Virus record (IMG/VR): IMGVR_UViG_3300043399_000297
Coordinates: 1 to 64,000 of that record
Direction: 5' to 3' (one strand)
Length of the DNA stretch: 64,000 nucleotides
Positions 17,117-24,126 of the stretch are shown here, piece by piece. Every line of letters begins with the position of its first letter. The first letter of the stretch is position 1. The position numbers and the translations under genes were made by a program. The notes beneath the pieces were generated by a model. It saw only the letters and a program-made list of their open reading frames with translations. It did not search any database and was not told the DNA's origin.

Positions 17117-17579
17117 CAGTTGATCTTCGATCAACTAGACTCTCACTACGTTCGGTCTACTTTTTTAATTCTGTAAGACAATAACACTGAAGGGATATAC
17201 ATTGCCGGTTTAGAAGCCATGGTAGTGCTCCTCAGAGGCACTACCAAAGTTAGGACTTGCCATGGCCCGTCATCCTTTGCCGTCTATCCCCCGTTAAACT
17301 AGCCCTTAATGCTGTTTAACGTCACCGGTTGCCCTGTAAGATTTGATGGGGCTGTAGTGAAGCTATAAAGTGGAACTCACTTTACTCTTCGGCAACGCAT
17401 GTCCTATAGCATCAAGACAGAATAGCTATAGACTCATTCAAGGTTCGCCTACCTAGCGAGAGCCTTGTCGGTGTTCCCTAGGATCACTCCTAGGCATACT
17501 CCAGAATCCGACCGCATTCATTCGTGGTGCAGTCTCAAGGAGGATCAAAAGATCAATATCGATGTAAAAGGGTTCTGTA
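17117..17579. ncRNA. Candidate large structured non-coding RNA (or structured DNA element), family not recognised
   Basis: 463-bp ORF-free, GC-richer gap between convergent genes tiled by about ten stems, with loop-loop complementarities. Confidence 0.65.
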
Positions 17580-18128
17580 TTAGGTTTCTAAAGTAATAAT
17601 ATTTGTAGTGATATCTTTAGGTGAGCCTGAGTATGCTTTAAGAAGGTCTTTGTTGAGCCTGAAAAAATGTTCGAATTCCATAATAATCCATTCGCCTGAC
17701 TTCTCAGAACGATAATGAATAAAGTTGTCAGCAACCCAAGTCATCTTGGATTCAACTGCTACAAACTTACCCTTACGATTAAACTTCATAAACAATATGT
17801 TACAATCATTATCTTCTGCAACATCCATTAATTGTTTTAACCAAGTGTCTATGACCTTACATTCACCTGTTGGTAATAGATGAAAGGGGAAATCTGCATA
17901 ACTTTTGCATTCTGCGTTGAACAGTTTAAATGTTTCACCGGGCACTATATCTCCCTTGAAACTTCTTACTTGTCCTTCGTGTAAATACTGTTTTCTTGAT
18001 TGATTCTTGCCACCAACATATGCCCCAGAACCCGGGGCACGAATAAAACTCTCATTATAAGTTTTGGTTAAAAACTGAGCAATCTCACGCTCAAAGCTTG
18101 AACCTTTATTTTTACTCGGTGATGGCAT
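17580..18128 (-). CDS. Holliday junction resolvase, PD-(D/E)xK type
   Basis: KGSSFERE...GDIV...ECKSY catalytic pattern; adjacent to gp46/47. Confidence 0.8.
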   Translation of the reverse strand: MPSPSKNKGSSFEREIAQFLTKTYNESFIRAPGSGAYVGGKNQSRKQYLHEGQVRSFKGDIVPGETFKLFNAECKSYADFPFHLLPTGECKVIDTWLKQLMDVAEDNDCNILFMKFNRKGKFVAVESKMTWVADNFIHYRSEKSGEWIIMEFEHFFRLNKDLLKAYSGSPKDITTNIITLET

Positions 18129-18166
18129 ATACTATTTTATCTTTCTAAACTGTGTATGTAATTTTT

Positions 18167-19933
18167 TTATTCTATGTCTGCTGCTGTGTTGTATGTGGTA
18201 AAACCGTTTTCTTTGACAACCTTAAGAACACTAGGAACACGACCTGCAAGTTCTTCTCTATGACTGACAAGCCAAATGCTCTTGTTACGCCTGCGCGACA
18301 TATCTTTGAGAATAGCCATACTATTCTCAACGCCTATACTATCCATACCTGAGTCGATCAACTCGTCAATAAACAGTGTGTTGATCGGGAAATATAGATT
18401 TTCCCAAACATCTCTAAATGCGAAACTAAGCCCAAGAATCAATCGGTTCCGCTCACCGCGTGATAAGTTGTCAAAGTCAAGTTCACGCCCGAGTTCAGTA
18501 ATTTCAACCGACAAATCGTTCTTGAATACGACCGTATGTGGCAATCCTATCTTGTCTAAGTAATGTGTTAATCTTGCATTCAAATAACTCAAGTTCTGAT
18601 CAATGATCTTCTTACGAACAAAACTATCCTTACTAGTTAATATGTCCAAAAGAAACTTCAAGTGATCACCATATTTAGTTAGTTCATTGATTTTATCAAA
18701 AGTAACTTCCTGCAATGCTTGATTTTCCATATCAACAATCTGTTCTTGATATGGGTCAGTCTCATCTGTCTTATTCTCAATCTGCTGTAACAGATTAGCA
18801 ACTGTAGTCTTATGCTCAATTGCTTCGGCTTCAGTTTCATAATGTGTAGTTGGTTTCTCGCCCAAAATAAACAATGAATTTTTATTTTTTTCTAATTCAT
18901 TTTGGGTTTGGACAAGATCATCAACTGCTGTAGCAAGAAGTTCACGCTTACTGTTTATAACAGCAGAGTGATTTTCATCGTGAAAGTCTTGACCACAAGC
19001 ATAACACTTGTTATCTTCAAGTGTCTTAATTTCAGCTTCAAGTTTACTAACAATAGCCGTTTCTTTTTTCAATGTTGTTTCAAGGCGATTGATAGTAGAG
19101 TTGATGTTATTTAATTCTACTTTGTTTGCTTCGTAAATCTTGAGGTCATAATGAGATTGCAACTCATTAGTAATATCAATTTTCGATAGTTCATCGTATC
19201 GAAGTGCTAATAATTCAAGGTCTTCTTTATGTTTAGCTTCCCAAAGCCTTTGTCTACGCTTCAAGCTATCAATTTGCTCTTGAACACGTTTGTTGGCTTC
19301 TTCAACGGCTTTGTTTCTAAACTCTTCCTGCTGAATATTATCCTTGTTCAGCCTAATCTTTTCTTTGATTAAATCTGCTTTCTCAGAAAGCAAGGTGATG
19401 CCCAACAATTGTTCGATAACATTTCTTTGATCGTTTGCCTTCATTGACAAGAATGGCTCGCTGTATGTATTCAATGCAACAATATGCTTGAACATATCAG
19501 GAGTCATCCCTATAGCGTGTTCAATTGCTAACTGAGTTTCCTTGTTCTCGCCCTGCGCTTCATTCTTATCTTCTTTATTGTTTTGCAAATTGTTGTTTAC
19601 ATAGAACCTAAGAATATGCGGCTTTCTTCCGCGCTCAATCTTATAATCAATGCCGTTACTAGAAAACTCTAAAGTAACCATCATATTTTTGGCATTGGTT
19701 CGATTGATAAGGTTATCTTTACGAATCTGATTGATAGGGGAGCCGAACAATACATAGCTCAACCCTTGAATCAATGTAGTTTTGCCAGTACCATTTCTAG
19801 CACCGTCACCGCCCAAATCTATGTTCTCGCCTAAAATAAGCGTGAGTTCACTAGTATCAAAGTTTACTGCTTGGCAAACCGCCCCGATTGAAAGAAAATT
19901 ACGCAGTGTTATGTTTTTAAATGTAATACTCAT
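18167..19933 (-). CDS. gp46: Recombination endonuclease ATPase subunit (gp46/SbcC/Rad50-like)
   Basis: Walker A GARNGTGKT, zinc hook CYAC, signature LSRGE, Walker B FIDE, H-loop VSH. Confidence 0.95.
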   Translation of the reverse strand: MSITFKNITLRNFLSIGAVCQAVNFDTSELTLILGENIDLGGDGARNGTGKTTLIQGLSYVLFGSPINQIRKDNLINRTNAKNMMVTLEFSSNGIDYKIERGRKPHILRFYVNNNLQNNKEDKNEAQGENKETQLAIEHAIGMTPDMFKHIVALNTYSEPFLSMKANDQRNVIEQLLGITLLSEKADLIKEKIRLNKDNIQQEEFRNKAVEEANKRVQEQIDSLKRRQRLWEAKHKEDLELLALRYDELSKIDITNELQSHYDLKIYEANKVELNNINSTINRLETTLKKETAIVSKLEAEIKTLEDNKCYACGQDFHDENHSAVINSKRELLATAVDDLVQTQNELEKNKNSLFILGEKPTTHYETEAEAIEHKTTVANLLQQIENKTDETDPYQEQIVDMENQALQEVTFDKINELTKYGDHLKFLLDILTSKDSFVRKKIIDQNLSYLNARLTHYLDKIGLPHTVVFKNDLSVEITELGRELDFDNLSRGERNRLILGLSFAFRDVWENLYFPINTLFIDELIDSGMDSIGVENSMAILKDMSRRRNKSIWLVSHREELAGRVPSVLKVVKENGFTTYNTAADIE

Positions 19934-20124
19934 TTGTTATCTTTGTCTGTTCTGTTATGTGCATCCATAAGAACTTGCAATTCGTTGTTAAGCTTTTGTA
20001 AATATGGCTTACCAAATTTTTCTAATCTTTCAATAGGATAGTTCTTAATTGCTTGTGTATAGTTATCAATCTCAATTTTCTTTAATTGAATTTGATGTTC
20101 TAAGTTATATGCATTCCTCTTCAT
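19930..20124 (-). CDS. Hypothetical protein (64 aa)
   Basis: ATGA overlaps on both sides, coupled between gp47 and gp46. Confidence 0.65.
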   Translation of the reverse strand: MKRNAYNLEHQIQLKKIEIDNYTQAIKNYPIERLEKFGKPYLQKLNNELQVLMDAHNRTDKDNK

Positions 20125-21137
20125 AGGCTACGATAAATCTCTAACAATAGTTTAGGATCAAAAAACTCACTTTCAATAGCAGTGATTTGATCAATAACAA
20201 TTTGGTCAACGGTTTCAAACTTGATTTCGCCGGGTGCAAGATCAATACTATGCTGCTCTAACTTTATTGGAATCAATGACATTTCTCTAATACTGTGTTT
20301 TGGAATCAATGTTTCACGAATAAAGTTGGCTTCTTCATATGAAATATCAATATCAAGATGCACTCTAACACTACTTTTAGGAAGTAGCAAGCCTTCTGGG
20401 TTATCTAATACTTCACTTAACTTGTATACACGATATAATGGTTGCCCAGGCCAAGAATGAAATATTGGTTCTTCGCCCCATTCTAATATCATCATACCGC
20501 GTTGATCATCGCCTGCGTCAGCATAGTTGTGCGGGAAAGCATTACCGATATACCAGATGTTATTTCTAGCTTGTCGTTTATGAAAGTGACCACTGAATAC
20601 TTTTTCAAATCCAGTGACATCATCATCTTTGAGTTCGCCGTGGTCGGGCATCTGAACCATTGCGTTCATATAGAAGTTAGGTAGCTCTAAATGACTGAAC
20701 AAATATTTGCCACTCATCTTAGCTAACTTTTTGTAGTCATCGCCCACTAACCAGGGAGCGACAACTACATCACCTTCTTTGAACCAATCGTTAACAATTA
20801 TAACATTTGATAAATGTCTGGCCCACTCGATACTATGTATGTCACGCTTATCTCTATAATAGAGATCGTGATTGCCGGGAATAAAGAAAACTTTATCAAA
20901 ATTTTGATTCAGTTTTTCTAATGCTCGTAAGCCATACTGTAATGTATGGATATTAATACTGGCTCTATGATGATTATAATCACCTAAAAAGAAACAAGTA
21001 TCACAATTTTCTTCTTTTGCCTTACTAATAAACCAATCTACAAACTCAGTGCAGTCAGTATTATGTTGTATACTATTGGACTTTAATCCAAAATGAATAT
21101 CGGTGAAGACAGCAGCCTTCTTAAACAAATTCGCCAT
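20121..21137 (-). CDS. gp47: Recombination endonuclease nuclease subunit (gp47/SbcD/Mre11-like)
   Basis: Metallophosphoesterase motifs DIH, GD, GNHD, GHFH. Confidence 0.95.
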   Translation of the reverse strand: MANLFKKAAVFTDIHFGLKSNSIQHNTDCTEFVDWFISKAKEENCDTCFFLGDYNHHRASINIHTLQYGLRALEKLNQNFDKVFFIPGNHDLYYRDKRDIHSIEWARHLSNVIIVNDWFKEGDVVVAPWLVGDDYKKLAKMSGKYLFSHLELPNFYMNAMVQMPDHGELKDDDVTGFEKVFSGHFHKRQARNNIWYIGNAFPHNYADAGDDQRGMMILEWGEEPIFHSWPGQPLYRVYKLSEVLDNPEGLLLPKSSVRVHLDIDISYEEANFIRETLIPKHSIREMSLIPIKLEQHSIDLAPGEIKFETVDQIVIDQITAIESEFFDPKLLLEIYRSL

Positions 21138-21143
21138 AGTTAC

Positions 21144-21172
21144 ACTATACTTCCACTAATCGTAAAAATCAA
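21144..21172 (-). promoter_or_regulatory. Sigma70-like promoter TTGATT-N17-TATAGT, 6 nt before gp47 ATG
   Basis: Canonical spacing; predicted start site coincides with the ATG. Confidence 0.65.
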
Positions 21173-21186
21173 TAAAACTGGATACC

Positions 21187-22080
21187 TTAATCAGGTAATT
21201 GCATCTTCATACCCTTCATTTGTCTATTGAAGGATGGATTCATTCCATTCATTTCAAGAATGTCATCACGAATATTTTGATTACGCTTTTCAGTATTCAA
21301 TACACGGCAGAAACTGTTAGTAATAGCAGCAGTGTAATATGCGAATGGGTTAGCACTCTTTGCTTCATTGAATCGAAGCCCGACATACGTTAACTGCAAC
21401 ACAGCACTAGCCTTCATTTCATCGTTATATGTATAACCACGCCAGTTGAACTTCATAGCATATTTCTCACAGAGCATCATATACATCCTAGCTAATTTGT
21501 TAGTAATGTTGCCGTGATCTTTATTGAAGTGTCCGTTTTCCATTCCGCCTTCCCAATGACTCTTTCCAACACAATGAAAAGTGTTGTTTTCGTCTAATTT
21601 AAAATGCTGAAAGGGAGGGAAGTTAACTTTAACGTGCACCATATCGTCAACTTCTTTCTTAGTTGACTTGTCTTCTAAATCACTAAAGTCTTCACTATCG
21701 ATATCATCGAATAAGAAAATATCTTTAGCAGATTTCTTTTTTACAGTTTTTCTGGGTTGCTTTTGTGCTACCGGAACGTGATCCCAAGTCATTACGCGAA
21801 AGATTAAATCAGTAGTCGGTATATTTTCTGCTAATACCTTCTCGCCTGTTTCTTGTGTTAGTCTATATGCTCTGTTTTCTTTTGCTTGTTGAATTTGAGT
21901 TGGCTTTAATGCATATTCTAAGCTTGTAGGAATATCACTATCTGGCATATCAATAATGATATCATATCTGTGATATTCTGGTTCTATGAAAGAACAATAT
22001 GAATTTTTACTTGTATGTATTTCTTTTAAGATATCTTTATTGTTTAGGTAGTTTACTGTTTTCTTTGCTTTGATAGCCAT
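21187..22080 (-). CDS. gp55: Sigma factor for late transcription (gp55-like)
   Basis: NYLNNKDIL, NWRGYTYNDEM, FNEAKSANPFAYYT motifs; start moved to MAIKAKK (22080) with AGGA RBS. Confidence 0.88.
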   Translation of the reverse strand: MAIKAKKTVNYLNNKDILKEIHTSKNSYCSFIEPEYHRYDIIIDMPDSDIPTSLEYALKPTQIQQAKENRAYRLTQETGEKVLAENIPTTDLIFRVMTWDHVPVAQKQPRKTVKKKSAKDIFLFDDIDSEDFSDLEDKSTKKEVDDMVHVKVNFPPFQHFKLDENNTFHCVGKSHWEGGMENGHFNKDHGNITNKLARMYMMLCEKYAMKFNWRGYTYNDEMKASAVLQLTYVGLRFNEAKSANPFAYYTAAITNSFCRVLNTEKRNQNIRDDILEMNGMNPSFNRQMKGMKMQLPD

Positions 22081-22102
22081 ATTTCTTCCTATTATTATGG
22101 TA

Positions 22103-22131
22103 AGTATACTATTAGTGTTGCAAATGTGCAA
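22103..22131 (-). promoter_or_regulatory. Sigma70-like promoter TTGCAC-N17-TATACT driving gp55
   Basis: -35/-10 with 17-nt spacer 22 nt upstream of the 22080 start. Confidence 0.65.
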
Positions 22132-22164
22132 CACTATTGGGTAAAAATACACAGTTTTTATTGC

Positions 22165-22172
22165 GATAAATA
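22165..22172 (+). promoter_or_regulatory. Late promoter GATAAATA heading the baseplate operon
   Basis: Recurrent motif, 34 nt upstream of 22207. Confidence 0.7.
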
Positions 22173-22206
22173 GTAATTAAGATAGTTTATTTATCAGAGG
22201 AAAAAT

Positions 22207-23808
22207 ATGTCCAATACTGTTTCTTTACAAGGTCCGATCGGTTCTAGTATAACGCTTTCGTATGGTTCAACAGGTTTACCCATCGTAAGTGCAACTGATC
22301 CGCAGTTCCCCTCTGGAGGATATGGTGGACCATTAGAATCGGGACAAATAAGTAGCTCAATAAATCAACTTCAATCAAATATAAATCAAAACAACAATAG
22401 AATATTAGAGTTAAACTTAAAAATTGCATCTACTCGTGATAGTCAAGTAATCCCGGCCTCTGAAAAGCAGGCATTGATACAATCATACCAAAACGAGGTG
22501 AACGGATATAAAAATCAAAATGCTAATTTTACTAATTCAATAACTATTGCGAGTTATCTAGCAAGTAATATAAGTTCACTTACTGCGAAATTAAAAGCTG
22601 CACAAGCATCCACCACTACTAACACAGCAGCAAGTAATACTGGTAGTAATCAAACTGCACCAAAAGTATCACCTAATGACCCTACTGCTATTGTTGTGAA
22701 TACTAAACCTGTTGGTAATACTAAAACAGCATCCACTACTAACACAGGGATAGTAGTAAACCAGTCTGCTATCCCGAGTGGTAACATTAAGTCTACCCCG
22801 CTCCCAACCTCGGACCCGTCTGTAATAAACACTAACATACAACCGGTAGGTAACGTAGCAGTAAATAAACCGATCCCAACAACTGATCCCAACAAGATTG
22901 TTGTTAATGACGAAGCTAATCAACAGGCGGCAGCTAACGCGCAAGCCAATGCATCTCAAGCAGCTTCGGCGGCCGATCTTACAAATACTGATGCAACACC
23001 CAAAGTCATATCAATAGCTGCACAACAAGATTCAACTAAATTTCAAGCAAGGAAAGACTGGCGCGTAAGATTAGCACTGTCAGATGATGCAAGTGTTAAT
23101 TATCTGTATAAAGCACCGGATCCGGGAATTCTAAAACCACTAGTTGCAACAAATGGTATTGTCTTTCCATATACACCAACCATTAATATTAACTATAGTG
23201 CTAATTATACCCCTATAGACTTAACACATAGTAACTATAAAGTAAATCAGTATTCAAACAGCAGTGTCGATAACGTTTCAATAACGTGTGATTTTACAGC
23301 CCAGGATACGTATGAAGCTAATTACCTACTTGCAGTAATACACTTTATTAGAAGTGCTATGAAAATGTTTTACGGGCAAGATGAAAATCCAAAGAGAGGT
23401 ACCCCTCCTCCATTAGTCTATCTATTTGGGTTAGGTACTTTTCAGTTTTCTGCTCATCCATTAGCTATTTCCGGATTCACTTACAACTTACCTAACGATT
23501 GCGATTACATTAAGACTGTAGCACCTTCTGACCCGGGAACGCAACAACCGACTGGAAATACGGGAAGTAGTCAAGGTAGATTACCACAAGAAGTCGCTCC
23601 TGGCGGGACTGCACAACCGCCCAAATGGTCAGGTCCTGCACCGGGATCAACCGGAGAAGTTACCTGGGTCCCAACAAAAATTCAGTTAAGCATTTCTTGT
23701 GTAGTCATACAAAGTAGAAATCAAGTATCTAATAAGTTTAGCTTTAGAGATTACGCGACTGGCGATCTATTGAACGGTATTAAAAATCCTGGAGGAGCAT
23801 TCTGGTAA
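22207..23808 (+). CDS. Baseplate/tail tube initiator-like protein (gp48/gp54-like C-terminal domain) with long low-complexity N-terminus
   Basis: IVFPYTP...HSNY...DFTAQ...GTPPP...LPNDCDY pattern; first gene of baseplate cluster. Confidence 0.6.
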   Translation: MSNTVSLQGPIGSSITLSYGSTGLPIVSATDPQFPSGGYGGPLESGQISSSINQLQSNINQNNNRILELNLKIASTRDSQVIPASEKQALIQSYQNEVNGYKNQNANFTNSITIASYLASNISSLTAKLKAAQASTTTNTAASNTGSNQTAPKVSPNDPTAIVVNTKPVGNTKTASTTNTGIVVNQSAIPSGNIKSTPLPTSDPSVINTNIQPVGNVAVNKPIPTTDPNKIVVNDEANQQAAANAQANASQAASAADLTNTDATPKVISIAAQQDSTKFQARKDWRVRLALSDDASVNYLYKAPDPGILKPLVATNGIVFPYTPTININYSANYTPIDLTHSNYKVNQYSNSSVDNVSITCDFTAQDTYEANYLLAVIHFIRSAMKMFYGQDENPKRGTPPPLVYLFGLGTFQFSAHPLAISGFTYNLPNDCDYIKTVAPSDPGTQQPTGNTGSSQGRLPQEVAPGGTAQPPKWSGPAPGSTGEVTWVPTKIQLSISCVVIQSRNQVSNKFSFRDYATGDLLNGIKNPGGAFW

Positions 23809-24125
23809 TGGCTTACAATCAATCTTCATATCCAAAATCAAGTCCGTATTTTCTAACTCAAATAGTAGATAACAAGTATTTGGGTGTATTAAATTATAGA
23901 ACAATACCACAAAATCCTAGTGATGTATATATGGTATTAACAGCAGTGTACGAATATAGGCCCGATTTACTAGCGTTTGACTTATATAATGACCCCACAC
24001 TTTGGTGGGTATTTGCGGCTAGAAATCCAAATCGTTTGGGATCAGATCCTTATTTTAATTTTAAAACAGGGCTAGGAATATATATACCTACGCTAAACAA
24101 CTTAAGGGCATACTTGGGATTATAA
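23808..24125 (+). CDS. gp53: Baseplate wedge protein (gp53-like, LysM-related)
   Basis: YEYRPDLLAFDLYNDPTLWWVFA motif. Confidence 0.8.
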   Translation: MAYNQSSYPKSSPYFLTQIVDNKYLGVLNYRTIPQNPSDVYMVLTAVYEYRPDLLAFDLYNDPTLWWVFAARNPNRLGSDPYFNFKTGLGIYIPTLNNLRAYLGL

Positions 24126-24126
24126 T

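Noticed and set aside
17340-17579. tmRNA, RNase P RNA or group I intron identity for the structured gap (GGGGCTG at 17348 resembles a tmRNA 5' end)
   Set aside because: No T-arm/CCA acceptor end or tag ORF, no GAGGAAAGTCC-type RNase P motif, no recognisable group I core, and no interrupted gene flanks it
22081-22152. Extended N-terminus of gp55 given in the ORF track
   Set aside because: Region contains the sigma70 promoter and an RBS pointing to ATG 22080
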